A stretch of 46,496 nt of DNA, taken from the NCBI GenBank assembly GCA_019236675.1, contig JAFAIO010000485.1, positions 1 to 46,496 on the forward strand, written 5' to 3'. Numbering within the stretch: position 1 is the first letter of the stretch; every line of letters starts with the position of its first letter. Source of the stretch: Verrucomicrobiota bacterium (GTDB taxonomy: Bacteria > Verrucomicrobiota > Verrucomicrobiia > Chthoniobacterales > JAFAMB01). The notes beneath the pieces were generated by a model. That model did no database searches, was not told the origin of the DNA, and was given only the letters and a program-made list of their open reading frames with translations. The translations under genes were made by a program, and so were the position numbers. Below, in pieces: positions 1 through 9,649 of this stretch.

Positions 1-116
1 CACGAGACGATAGTTGCCCGCAAACCCCGCTTGACGCTGGCCATCTTTTTATTCAGTACCAGTTTTCCCCGGTTCCATGATGACCCCCTTCAGCTAAACG
101 GTGACTTGGCTTCTGC

Positions 117-1103
117 ATGGTAGAATCTGAGACGCTTCAGTTTGAGAATGGGCGAGCGCTACAGAATCTGTATGCGAACGATCTGAAACTATTGCAGGCG
201 CTGGAAGAAAAGCTTGGCGTCAAAGTTACAACGCGAGACGGCTGGCTCCGTTTAGAGGGCGAACGCAACAATATCAATAAGGCGCGTGAAGTATTTGACC
301 AACTGGAGCAAGCGCGCCAACGGGGAATGCAGATTCAGAGGCACGAGTTCCAGTACGCATTGGATTCGGTCAGCGGCAACCAGCGCCAGCCTCTGGGCCA
401 CTTAGCCGGTGTTCAACTTTTAAGTTCGAATCGGCGCACCCCCATCAGCCCAAAGTCGGGCCAACAGTTAGCTTACGTTCAAGCCATTCAATCCAAAGAT
501 TTAGTATTTGGCATAGGACCGGCGGGTACCGGGAAAACGTATTTAGCAATGGCGATGGCGGTTGACGCATTAAAGCGGGAGCTGGTGAAGCGTGTCATTT
601 TGACTCGCCCCGCTGTGGAGGCCGGTGAAGCGCTGGGCTTCCTTCCGGGAGACCTCCAGGAAAAGATCTTTCCCTATTTGCGTCCTCTCTATGATGCGTT
701 GTATGATATGATTTCCGGAGAGGAGATTCAGAAATTCATGGATCGAGGCGTTATTGAGATCGCGCCTCTCGCGTACATGCGCGGACGCACTCTCAATAAC
801 GCCTTCGTGATCTTAGACGAGGCCCAGAATACGACGGCTGAACAGATGTTCATGTTTCTGACGCGGTTGGGAATTGACTCCAAGTGCGTGGTGACTGGTG
901 ATTATACTCAGATCGATCTTCCGCCTAACAAGGCTTCGGGCCTAATCGAGGCGATGCACGCTCTCAAAAACGTAGGGGAGATACAATTTGTCGAATTTAC
1001 TGAGCGAGATGTTGTTCGACATCCGCTGGTTCAATCGATTATTCAAGCTTACCGGGCATACCGGGAAGCTCCCAGGAACGTTCCGCCGCGCCCCGGGAAA
1101 TAG
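117..1103 (+). CDS. phoH: PhoH family ATPase (YbeZ-like)
   Basis: Walker A GPAGTGKT, ILTRPAVEAGEALGFLPGDL, IEIAPLAYMRGRTL, DEAQN, DVVRHPLV motifs; conserved phoH-HD-ybeY context. Confidence 0.95.
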   Translation: MVESETLQFENGRALQNLYANDLKLLQALEEKLGVKVTTRDGWLRLEGERNNINKAREVFDQLEQARQRGMQIQRHEFQYALDSVSGNQRQPLGHLAGVQLLSSNRRTPISPKSGQQLAYVQAIQSKDLVFGIGPAGTGKTYLAMAMAVDALKRELVKRVILTRPAVEAGEALGFLPGDLQEKIFPYLRPLYDALYDMISGEEIQKFMDRGVIEIAPLAYMRGRTLNNAFVILDEAQNTTAEQMFMFLTRLGIDSKCVVTGDYTQIDLPPNKASGLIEAMHALKNVGEIQFVEFTERDVVRHPLVQSIIQAYRAYREAPRNVPPRPGK

Positions 1104-1127
1104 GGTACAGAAGGAGAGACGCAATGT

Positions 1128-2726
1128 ATGTTTGGATCAATTGATCGTAAGCGCTTAGTAAAGAAAGGACTAGCGTGCTCGAAGCAGCGTCGGAAGCCGA
1201 CGCAGAAGGAGTGGATGCGTAAGCTCGACACGAATCCTTGGCTCAAGACAAGCATCCTTGGACTTTTTGTTCTCGTTTTAGCGCTTCTCATTTTTTCCAG
1301 TTTGAACCAGGAGCCCGCTAAGTTTTTCCTGATCGGCTTCCTGGTTTTTTTGACAGCGGTAGCGCAACTCTGGATCAATTTCCCTGAGACCTTTCAGAAG
1401 AACTCTCGGGTCGGGTTGGTTTTTGGAACCATGCTGTTCCACCTGTGCGCTGCCAAGCTGATCATGGTGTTCTGCAGCGACCCTCGCGGTGGGCTACCGC
1501 CTGAGTTCGGGGTCTTGGTGATTCCTTATGCGCTGGCGCCTTTGGTCTTGTGCGTCTTGTTAGGGAAGAATTATGGACTGTACGCGGCGGTCTTTGTGAG
1601 TCTCTGGAGTTCGCTTCTTATCCGGGGAGTCGATGCTTTTCTGCTGGTGATGTCGCTCATCAGCGGTTTTATCGCGGTGTTTGTCACCATCTCGGTACGC
1701 CGCCGCAGCCGCTTGTTACGCGCCGGCCTCTACGTCGGATTAGCCACTTGGGTGCTGGCGCTATCCTTTGGGATCATCGCGATTCCATGGTTGCAATTGA
1801 ACCAGATGGATTGGGCCCGCTTTGGCGAACAGTCCGCTGCGGCCATTTTCACCAGTGTTATCACCGCAATGGTTGTCGGCGGTGCGTTGCCTCTGATCGA
1901 GACGCTCTTTCAGATCACCACAGATATGTCGTGGATTGAGATGGCGGACCGAAACCATCCGCTGTTATTGCGTCTGAGTCTGGAAGCGCCTGGTACCTGG
2001 CATCACAGCGACGTCGTTGCCGACTTAGCTGAAGCCGCTGCGAACCGGATCAGTGCGAACGGTACTATGTGCCGTGCCTGCGCCTATTTTCACGACATCG
2101 GCAAGCTAGTAAAACCGAATTACTTTTCAGAGAACATTGTCGGCGACGAAAATCCTCATGATGATCTGGCGCCGACGATGAGCGCGTTGATTATCATTGC
2201 TCACGTGAAAGAGGGAGTCGATTTGGCGCTGAAGTATGGCTTAAACCAGCGCATCGTTGACGTGATCCAGCAGCATCACGGCACCTCGCTAGTCAGTTAT
2301 TTTTACAAACGGGCCCTTCAACAACAGCAAGACGCCCGCGAAGGCGGTAAGATCATGAACATGCGGGTGGAAGATATCCCGGAAGTTCGTGAAGAGAGCT
2401 TCCGTTACAGCGGCCCGAAACCTCAGTTTAAGGAATGCGGAATTATCAGCTTGGCCGATTCGGTGGAAAGCGCTTCCAGAAGTTTGGACAAACCGACCCC
2501 TCAAAAGATCGAGCAACTCATCAACGAGATTGTTAACAAACGAATTGCTGAAGGTCAGTTGGATGAATGTGATCTAACCCTTCGCGAGATTAGGACGATC
2601 TCCGAGACGTTCCGTTATACGATCCAAAACATGCTGCACACGCGGATCAAGTATCCTAAGGACGAGGAACGCGTCGAAGGCGAAGCTCGTCGTCTTAAGA
2701 ACTTGCCGCCGGCGACGGCAGCGTAG
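1128..2726 (+). CDS. Membrane-bound HD/HDIG-domain phosphodiesterase (7TM-HD, YqfF/PgpH-like)
   Basis: Multiple hydrophobic helices followed by APGTWHHS, YFHDIGK, IIIAHV, QHHGT, LADSVE metal-binding motifs; lies between phoH and ybeY. Confidence 0.9.
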   Translation: MFGSIDRKRLVKKGLACSKQRRKPTQKEWMRKLDTNPWLKTSILGLFVLVLALLIFSSLNQEPAKFFLIGFLVFLTAVAQLWINFPETFQKNSRVGLVFGTMLFHLCAAKLIMVFCSDPRGGLPPEFGVLVIPYALAPLVLCVLLGKNYGLYAAVFVSLWSSLLIRGVDAFLLVMSLISGFIAVFVTISVRRRSRLLRAGLYVGLATWVLALSFGIIAIPWLQLNQMDWARFGEQSAAAIFTSVITAMVVGGALPLIETLFQITTDMSWIEMADRNHPLLLRLSLEAPGTWHHSDVVADLAEAAANRISANGTMCRACAYFHDIGKLVKPNYFSENIVGDENPHDDLAPTMSALIIIAHVKEGVDLALKYGLNQRIVDVIQQHHGTSLVSYFYKRALQQQQDAREGGKIMNMRVEDIPEVREESFRYSGPKPQFKECGIISLADSVESASRSLDKPTPQKIEQLINEIVNKRIAEGQLDECDLTLREIRTISETFRYTIQNMLHTRIKYPKDEERVEGEARRLKNLPPATAA

Positions 2727-2786
2727 TGCATTGAGAAGCTGCTCAGCGGCTCCGCGGGAGTCAGATCCTTATACCTTGCACGAAAG

Positions 2787-3194
2787 ATGCAGGTCTCGAT
2801 TCTGAATCGCCAACGGAGGTATCAGGTGCCGGCTGGCGAACTTCTCCTTTTTGTCGAGCAACTATTGCCGCTCGTGTTGAAGGTGGCGCACGTCGAAATC
2901 CCGGAAGAGATCTCAGTCGTGCTGGTGTCAGATCGTAAAATCTCTGAGATTCATCAGCAGTTCATGAGTATCGCTGGCGCGACAGATGTAATCACGTTTC
3001 GGCACGGCGAGATTGTGGTGAGCGTGGAAACCGCGGCCAAACAAGCAGCCGAGTACGGAACGGATCTGTTGCATGAGATCCGGCTTTACATCACGCACGG
3101 GTTCCTCCACCTCGCCGGATACGACGACCTTTCAGAGGAGGGATTCAGGGAGATGGCGAAGCTACAAAATGAGCTTGTGGCTAAGGTTGGGTGA
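2787..3194 (+). CDS. ybeY: rRNA maturation endoribonuclease YbeY
   Basis: TDVITF, GEIVVS and HGFLHLAGYDD metal-binding motif; operon context. Confidence 0.92.
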   Translation: MQVSILNRQRRYQVPAGELLLFVEQLLPLVLKVAHVEIPEEISVVLVSDRKISEIHQQFMSIAGATDVITFRHGEIVVSVETAAKQAAEYGTDLLHEIRLYITHGFLHLAGYDDLSEEGFREMAKLQNELVAKVG

Positions 3195-3317
3195 GAGCAC
3201 CGTCGACATTCATCCATTAGTCCCATAGGTCCCATCCGTGGCAGGCTCTATCGGGCGATTTTTACCGAAACGGCTGCGGTGCTCCCCGAATCGAGGACGA
3301 GGACGAGACACCTCCTC

Positions 3318-4520
3318 CTATTTCCTGGTCGCGAGGATCAAGGACGAATTGTGCCGGTTCCACTGGTAGCCAAAACTGAACGTCAGTGTCTTCGGCGAAC
3401 TTGTTTCGTAATACTGACGTAGTTCCGGTTGGTAGTAATTCTTGAAGAGGTTGATCGGCTCCGTGTAACTGCCGAAGAATCTCAAGGTCCATTTATCCGA
3501 TGGTATATATTTTATCGGAATACCGGAATCGTCTTCCACAATTGTAAGGCTGTCATTCAACAGAAAAGAGCGAACGGTATCAAAATGCCCTTCGTGCATC
3601 AGATAAGAGGCAGCCTTTAAAAAGCAGTTCGCCTGGCCTTGTTGTTCCGTAAAGCGAAGAACGGCTGGATTGCTTTTTATCCCGTCATCGGAAAGATCAG
3701 TGCTGAAGAAGTAGAGCACTTTTTGAGTACCAACAGATGGATCAACAAAAGTCACCTTTACGCCGTGGGGCGCACTTCCCGGCTTGATGAGCTGTCCTCC
3801 GCGATCAAGAGAGACGTATTCAACGGACTGAATGACTTTTCCGGTTCGAGCAAGAAACACGAATACAATCGGAAGAACCCCCTTCAGCTCTCCGCGGCCA
3901 AAGTCTTCCCGCATATCTTTGGTTTTGAAAAAGCTGAACTGCAGAATCGTGTTCAGTGAGATCTGGATATTCTCCAGGGTATAGTCAAGGGCAGCCGATG
4001 GGACAGTGCGCAGATCCGGTATCGCATCGACAGACTCTAACCCGACCAGAATGTAGGTCGTGCAGTCTGGGAAGAACGCGTCAGCATAAAGAAAATCGGG
4101 GCCGCCGAAATAATAGACACAAGTTTTCGAGCCCGCGGACAAGGGAGCCAAAAAGCCGGAGCGCCAGATCCGAATATTGCTGAGCTGCCGGTGGTCGAGG
4201 GCAGCGAACGCGGAATTCATTGCGCTGGCATGGGCTTGCCAGCGCTCAGTGTGAGTGAGTCCGGCCAGGGTAGAGTTGTCGGCTACCGGTAGGCCGGCCA
4301 GGAAACGAGCCGCATCCGTGATTGGATTACTAGGGACCTCGACGGGCTGTGCCGCTGTAGACGACGCCTGCGGTGCCGGCGACTCTTGAAGGATCGGCGT
4401 CGGCGCTTCGGCCGGTGAGATTTCCGGAGTTGGCTCCTCTGTTTGCGCGTGCATCCCGGTGCACGCTGCTACTAAGATTACCAAATTAACTAGCCAGCTC
4501 CTTTTGTAAGTCAGGATCAT
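3318..4520 (-). CDS. Secreted hypothetical protein (signal peptide, Pro/Ala/Glu-rich linker, globular domain with YYFGGPDF motif)
   Basis: 400-aa ORF; N-terminal signal-like LVNLVILVAACTGMHA; low-complexity EEPTPEISPAEAPTP linker; 36 nt downstream of the permease on the same strand. Confidence 0.75.
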   Translation of the reverse strand: MILTYKRSWLVNLVILVAACTGMHAQTEEPTPEISPAEAPTPILQESPAPQASSTAAQPVEVPSNPITDAARFLAGLPVADNSTLAGLTHTERWQAHASAMNSAFAALDHRQLSNIRIWRSGFLAPLSAGSKTCVYYFGGPDFLYADAFFPDCTTYILVGLESVDAIPDLRTVPSAALDYTLENIQISLNTILQFSFFKTKDMREDFGRGELKGVLPIVFVFLARTGKVIQSVEYVSLDRGGQLIKPGSAPHGVKVTFVDPSVGTQKVLYFFSTDLSDDGIKSNPAVLRFTEQQGQANCFLKAASYLMHEGHFDTVRSFLLNDSLTIVEDDSGIPIKYIPSDKWTLRFFGSYTEPINLFKNYYQPELRQYYETSSPKTLTFSFGYQWNRHNSSLILATRK

Positions 4521-4556
4521 ATTTTTCGGCGTGATCGATTGCCCCGTACGAGTTCG

Positions 4557-5864
4557 TCAACGGGCTGTCAGCGATCCTTGCCTCGGGCGCACAATGTAGT
4601 AGATCCCGAGCCCAACAAGGGCTGTTAGTAGTCCAAGCAACGATGCGACAGTTCGCTGCTGTACGGTGTAGAGCATCATGAATAGCGTTACTACCAGGAA
4701 AATCAGCGGAGTGATGGGGTAGCCCCAAACGCGATATGGTCGGGGCAAATTTGGTTGGCTGAACCGCAGTACAATCAGACCAAGAACGGCCAGGAAAGAA
4801 GAAAGGAGTAGGACGAACTGGGTGTAAACGAGCACTGCTTCGAAGCTGTTGGTAAGTATGAATGCGGTCACAACGAGCGCCTGTAAAATCATTGCGATGT
4901 ATGGTGTCCCGTGCTGATTAACCCGGCCAAGGAACGCAAGTTTCGAAAAGTCATCGGCCATCGACTTGGTTACTCGCGAACCGACCCAGCTCATGCCGCT
5001 CACGTTCGCAATCAGGCCGAAACTAATAAGCCCGCTGACCAAGGCGCCACCGAGCTGACCGAAAAGGTGTCGTCCTGAGATCAAAGCAACAATCGGTTTA
5101 CCCTCGATTTCGGCCGCCGGCGCGCTAATGAGAAAAACCCAGTTCAACAAAACGTACAGAATCATCACGCTGATGGTGCCGATGAAGAGCGCCCAGGGCA
5201 CATTCCGCTGCGGATTACGCACCTCCGCAGTCAAATAAGAGGCCCCGTTCCAGCCGGAGTAAGAGTACATCACGTAAACCAGGCTCACCGAAAACGGACC
5301 CGACAACATAACGGCCAAATCGCTTGGCTGAGGAGTGAGGTGGAGCGGCAATTTTTGCTGAAAGAAAATGCCGTACCCGATCAAACAAATAATCAGCCCG
5401 ATTTTTAAAATCGTGGAGACATTTTGAAAATGTTCTCCGGTACGAATCCCGACCAGGAGTATGAGGGTCACGCCCCAGATCAACACCAAGGAGAGGATCA
5501 ATGGGGACGCAGAGGGTACGATACCCTGGGTATAAGTTCCGAAGGCCATGGCTGATAATGCAATGGGGGCCGGGAATCCGATGATAACAGATATCCAGCC
5601 GGCCATGAAGCCGAGCGCAGGGTGATAGATCCGAGACAGAAAGTTGTATTCGCCTCCCAACCGCGGGAGCGCCACGGCCAGCTCCGCATAACAGAGGGCG
5701 CCGCACAACGAGAGTAGTCCTCCGATGATCCAGAGCGCCATGATGGCAAAGTCGGAATGAATCGAGATTACCTGGAACCCGAGACTGACGAACACACCGG
5801 TCCCTATCATGTTGGCGACGACGATATTAGTGGCGGTGAGCCCGGAGATTTTCCTTTCAGTCAT
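4557..5864 (-). CDS. APC-family amino acid permease
   Basis: NMIGTGVF (TM1), ALCYAELAVALPRLGGEY, YSYSGWN, AEVRNPQRNVP, RPYRVWGYP motifs; about 12 TM segments. Confidence 0.93.
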   Translation of the reverse strand: MTERKISGLTATNIVVANMIGTGVFVSLGFQVISIHSDFAIMALWIIGGLLSLCGALCYAELAVALPRLGGEYNFLSRIYHPALGFMAGWISVIIGFPAPIALSAMAFGTYTQGIVPSASPLILSLVLIWGVTLILLVGIRTGEHFQNVSTILKIGLIICLIGYGIFFQQKLPLHLTPQPSDLAVMLSGPFSVSLVYVMYSYSGWNGASYLTAEVRNPQRNVPWALFIGTISVMILYVLLNWVFLISAPAAEIEGKPIVALISGRHLFGQLGGALVSGLISFGLIANVSGMSWVGSRVTKSMADDFSKLAFLGRVNQHGTPYIAMILQALVVTAFILTNSFEAVLVYTQFVLLLSSFLAVLGLIVLRFSQPNLPRPYRVWGYPITPLIFLVVTLFMMLYTVQQRTVASLLGLLTALVGLGIYYIVRPRQGSLTAR

Positions 5865-5922
5865 TAGGTTTGCGGCCTAGTTAGTCGAACTTTGCGTCAA
5901 CGGAAAGAAAAAAAAGGAGCGG

Positions 5923-6284
5923 GAGGCGGCGGGGCGCTTCAGGCGAAACGGCGAATGGGCGAGACGGCGAAACGGCGAAACGACGGTGTGGCCGGAGATC
6001 GGTAGGGCGAAAACTCGGCACGCCCGTGGCTTCAATTCGCCCTATAATTTTCCCGCGCCGGTTTTGAGCCGCGGCGTGGGGGCTGGCAGCTCTCGAAATT
6101 GCGATCAACCCGTACGCGCTCACTTAGACAGACGTCGTAGGCAAAAGACATCCGCGCACCGCGGCTCAAAACCGGCGCGATTTAGCCGAAAGAGCTAAGG
6201 CTATCGTTCGCCGCGCCGAGTTTTTCGCCCTACCGATCTTCGGCCACGCCGCCCATTCGCCGTTTCGCCTAAATCGCCCGCCTC
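5923..6284. repeat. Nested inverted-repeat element (REPIN/MITE-like, about 350 bp)
   Basis: Perfect 21-bp IR 5941-5961 / 6250-6270; near-perfect ~35-bp IR 5985-6019 / 6215-6250 containing GGTAGGGCGA; perfect 21-bp inner IR 6054-6074 / 6159-6179; GGCGAAAC-type tandem units at 5942-5981. Confidence 0.85.
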
Positions 6285-7620
6285 AACTCGCCTTTGCGGC
6301 CCGGATGAACTGTTGGTACCAACGGAACGAAGCCTTTGGCGTTCTGCGCTGAGTGGCATAATCCACGTGTGCCAGGCCAAATCTTCGATCGTATCCGTAT
6401 GCCCACTCGAAATTGTCCAAAAGCGACCACACGAAATAACCGCGCACGTCAACCCCTGCGTTTCGAGCCTCGGCCACCGCGGCGATATGTCCCTGTATAT
6501 ACTCCGTTCGTTCGCGATCATTGATCGCACCGTCGGACTCTACCGTGTCCACGAACGCGGCGCCGTTCTCGCTGATATAAATCGGCGGAGTTTTCGGGTA
6601 ACGATTTTTGATCGCGAGCAGGGTATCAGTGAAGCTGGCCGGCCGAATCTCCCAACCCATCGCTGTCTTTGGGACCTTGTCTGGTGGCGGAACCTCTCGA
6701 AAGCCGAATGGAGACTTGCTGTCTTTGATTACTCGCTCCGGGAAATAGTAGTTAACCCCAATGAAATCAACCGGATGCTGTATCAGCTGCAAGTCTCCTG
6801 TTCTCACGTAGCGGGCAATCAGTGGATCCAACGATTCGGGATAGCACCCCAGCAAGAGCGGATCGAGGAAGGGCCAGAAAAGTATCTCGTCATGCAGTTT
6901 GCCTGCTTCCGGATCGGCGCCTTCGATTTGCGGTGCTAAACCCATGTTTACAACGGTGCCGAGCTGCCAATCACCGCCTTGGGTGCGTAACGCGGTCAGC
7001 CCCTGGCCGGCGGCGAGGTTAAGGTGGTGGGTCGCCGCAAGGAATGCTTCTTTCGATTCCATTCCTGGCGCGTGCACGCCAAGGAAATGTCCCAGATAAG
7101 AGCAGACCATGGGTTCGTTGAGCATTACGAAGTGTCCGACGCGATCCCCCAGTTTGTCCGCAACTGCGATCGCGTAGTCTGTGTACCACCCGGCTGTATC
7201 CCGGTTTGTCCAACCACCCATCTCTTGCAGGGCCTGCGGCAAATCCCAGTGATAGAAACAGAGCCAAGGCTCGATTTTGTTGGCTACCAGTTCGTCGACC
7301 AGCCGCTGGTAGAAATCCATCCCGGCGTTATTCAATTTGCCTCTACCGGTTGGAAAGATCCGCGGCCAGGCCACCGAGAATCGGTAGACGTCTTGCCCCA
7401 GCTGCTTCATGAGCGCGATATCCTCGCGGTATAGATGATAATGGTCGCAGGCCACCGCCCCAGTATCCGCATTTAATATTTTGCCGGGCTGCTGGCAGAA
7501 AACGTCCCAAATACTAGGTTCGCGGCCATCCTCGCTCACTGCACCCTCGATCTGATAGGCGGCCGTCGATGTTCCCCAAAGAAAGTCCGGACCGAAATCT
7601 TGCGGGACTGGCTCTCTCAT
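6283..7620 (-). CDS. Beta-glucosidase, glycoside hydrolase family 1
   Basis: FLWGTSTAAYQIEGA, YRFSVAWPRI, YHWDLP, LNEP (acid/base), ISENG (nucleophile), WSLLDNFEWAYGYDRRFGL. Confidence 0.96.
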   Translation of the reverse strand: MREPVPQDFGPDFLWGTSTAAYQIEGAVSEDGREPSIWDVFCQQPGKILNADTGAVACDHYHLYREDIALMKQLGQDVYRFSVAWPRIFPTGRGKLNNAGMDFYQRLVDELVANKIEPWLCFYHWDLPQALQEMGGWTNRDTAGWYTDYAIAVADKLGDRVGHFVMLNEPMVCSYLGHFLGVHAPGMESKEAFLAATHHLNLAAGQGLTALRTQGGDWQLGTVVNMGLAPQIEGADPEAGKLHDEILFWPFLDPLLLGCYPESLDPLIARYVRTGDLQLIQHPVDFIGVNYYFPERVIKDSKSPFGFREVPPPDKVPKTAMGWEIRPASFTDTLLAIKNRYPKTPPIYISENGAAFVDTVESDGAINDRERTEYIQGHIAAVAEARNAGVDVRGYFVWSLLDNFEWAYGYDRRFGLAHVDYATQRRTPKASFRWYQQFIRAAKAS

Positions 7621-7694
7621 AATGGGGGAACATGATCAACGCCGGGAGCGCCGTCAACGTTCATAACGGAAGTGGACGCTGGGAATGGAGACCT

Positions 7695-7906
7695 TGGTAG
7701 GGCGAGGCTCCCGAACTATCTATAGGCAGAGCGGAGCCTACACTCTCAACGACCCAACATCGCTGCTAGGCCGAGAGACGCGCCGAGCCAGGGTCTTGCG
7801 CCGTGCCCCGGCTCGGCGCGTTCTTAGGCCTAACACACCTTTCAATGGCGAAACACCGGCGACCTTGCGAGAATGCAGGGGTTCTTTCGGGAGCCTCGCC
7901 CCACCA
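7695..7906. repeat. REP-doublet (REPIN-like) nested inverted repeat
   Basis: TGGTAGGGCGAGGCTCCCGAA (7695-7715) vs TTCGGGAGCCTCGCCCCACCA (7886-7906), 20/21 complementary; internal imperfect hairpin 7767-7793 / 7806-7832; GTAG motif typical of REPs. Confidence 0.8.
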
Positions 7907-7918
7907 GCTCAGGGGTCT

Positions 7919-9649
7919 TTAAAACTGGTCCGTTATCTGGGCTTGGGCCCGCAGAACATCGTGTAATGTCACGATCCCGATCGGAGGACCGTCTTGGTCC
8001 GCCGCCAAAACTAGAAGATCCGCAGAGTCTGCGACCATCCGATCAACCGCTTCTTTTACTGGGGTGTTCGGCGAAACGGTGTGGGCCGGCCGCCGGGCTA
8101 CGTTTTCTTCAGACGCCTCAAGCACTGAATCTCTCGAAATCAAACCTTCTAGTCTGTTTCCCAGAACCAGCGGAAAGAAGCGATAAGGATGTGCTTCTAC
8201 GATAGGAAGGAGCTCTTTCCGAGCGGTCGTATCGACGGTTACCGGCTTGAAAGTAGCGATCGTTGCTATGGGTCGCTTTTGAAAGGCTGCCAAGGATTTT
8301 ATGGGAATGTGTTGATCCAGATCGATCCCGTCACGCTCCAGGATCTCGCTGTAGAAATTCGTATGGCAGAACGCCCGGCTGACCGCTTGGCTGGCTAAAG
8401 CGCCGATCATCAGGAGGGGCACAAAAGCGAACTGATGGGTCATCTCGAAGACGATCAAGATTGACGTGATCGGTGCCCGGACCACTGCACCGAGACAAGC
8501 GCTCATTCCGGCAACCGTAAGCGCGAGTTGCTCATTCGGTGGCAAATGGGTGGCTAACGAGAAGAGCTGGCTTAGTGCTAAACCCGCAGCTGCACCGAAA
8601 AATAATGTCGGTGAAAAAATGCCTCCGGCTCCGCCCCAGGCGTACACCGCAATCGTGGCCGCCAGTTTGGCGACCCCCAGTATTAGTGCTTGGATCCCGG
8701 TGATCCGGCCGACCAACATATCTTGGAGATCGTTATAACCGAGGCCGAAGACGCCGATATGCGCAATGGCTAGAAAGACCGCGATCCCGCAGATCCAGTT
8801 GATGAGCGCGCCGATTGCCGGCCTCAACGCCAAAGGTATACGCCGGTGATGCTTGATTAGGTCTCGCCAGGTCAAAGCTCCTTTCTGGAAAACGACGCCG
8901 ATCAAACCGGCCAGAGCGGCGACCGGAATGACGAAGAGGTAAACCTTCCAAGAAAAACGGGCTGTCCCCGGAATCACAAAAGCCGGGTCATCGCCAAGAA
9001 AAAGGTGAGCCACGAACGTAGAGGCCACTGATGCAATCAAGACCGGCGCCAGATATCGGGTGCTGTTCAGGTCCTCCATAATCTCTTCCAGCACGAAAGT
9101 GATGGCGGAGAGTGGCGTGTTAAAGGCGGCGGCCAATCCGGCGGCAGCGCCGGCGAGTAAAGCAGACCGGCGATTCTGTTTGGCTGCACCGAATAGACCG
9201 GCAACGTTCGAAGCCAGTGCGCCGGCGATATGGACGGTTGGTCCCTCTCTGCCTAAGCTGGAGCCGCCACCGATCGTAATCACGCAACCGAAGAATTTTG
9301 CCAAACCAACGCTAAACGGCAGATAGCCGAAGTCTCGCCAGAAGGCGGCTTTCACTTGAGGGATTCCGCTGCCGGCAGCTTCTCTTGAGACGTAGGTAAG
9401 AATGAGGCCAGCAATGATAGCCGTGCTAATAATTACTCCAAAACTGAGCGGGATGAACGCTAGTCCAAGTGATCGGCTGGGACCGATCCACAGCCAGCGA
9501 AAAAGCGCCTGGGTCAACACCTGAAAGGCGACTGCCGATAAGCCGCCCGCTAGCCCGTAAATGAAGGGTTGATAGTAGGTTCGGAGATCAGACGGCAGGG
9601 CGGCTTTGAGGCGAACTAAGATAGTGCGTATCAGGCTGACTCCATTCAT
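7919..9649 (-). CDS. ClC-family chloride/proton transporter with C-terminal CBS pair
   Basis: GSGIP, GREGP (gating Glu), AAAFNTPL, FVLEE (proton Glu), GGIFSP, NFY motifs; C-terminal CBS-like GIVTLHDVL. Confidence 0.93.
   Translation of the reverse strand: MNGVSLIRTILVRLKAALPSDLRTYYQPFIYGLAGGLSAVAFQVLTQALFRWLWIGPSRSLGLAFIPLSFGVIISTAIIAGLILTYVSREAAGSGIPQVKAAFWRDFGYLPFSVGLAKFFGCVITIGGGSSLGREGPTVHIAGALASNVAGLFGAAKQNRRSALLAGAAAGLAAAFNTPLSAITFVLEEIMEDLNSTRYLAPVLIASVASTFVAHLFLGDDPAFVIPGTARFSWKVYLFVIPVAALAGLIGVVFQKGALTWRDLIKHHRRIPLALRPAIGALINWICGIAVFLAIAHIGVFGLGYNDLQDMLVGRITGIQALILGVAKLAATIAVYAWGGAGGIFSPTLFFGAAAGLALSQLFSLATHLPPNEQLALTVAGMSACLGAVVRAPITSILIVFEMTHQFAFVPLLMIGALASQAVSRAFCHTNFYSEILERDGIDLDQHIPIKSLAAFQKRPIATIATFKPVTVDTTARKELLPIVEAHPYRFFPLVLGNRLEGLISRDSVLEASEENVARRPAHTVSPNTPVKEAVDRMVADSADLLVLAADQDGPPIGIVTLHDVLRAQAQITDQF

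Noticed and set aside
3195-3317. Short tandem motifs (GTCCCAT twice, GAGGAC repeats) between convergent genes
   Set aside because: Only 2-3 units, no spacer structure and no convincing terminator.
5881-6530. Short Arg/Pro-rich ORFs over the repeat element, and the many antisense ORFs shadowing real genes
   Set aside because: Explained by GC-rich palindromic DNA or by the reverse frames of long genes; no protein motifs.
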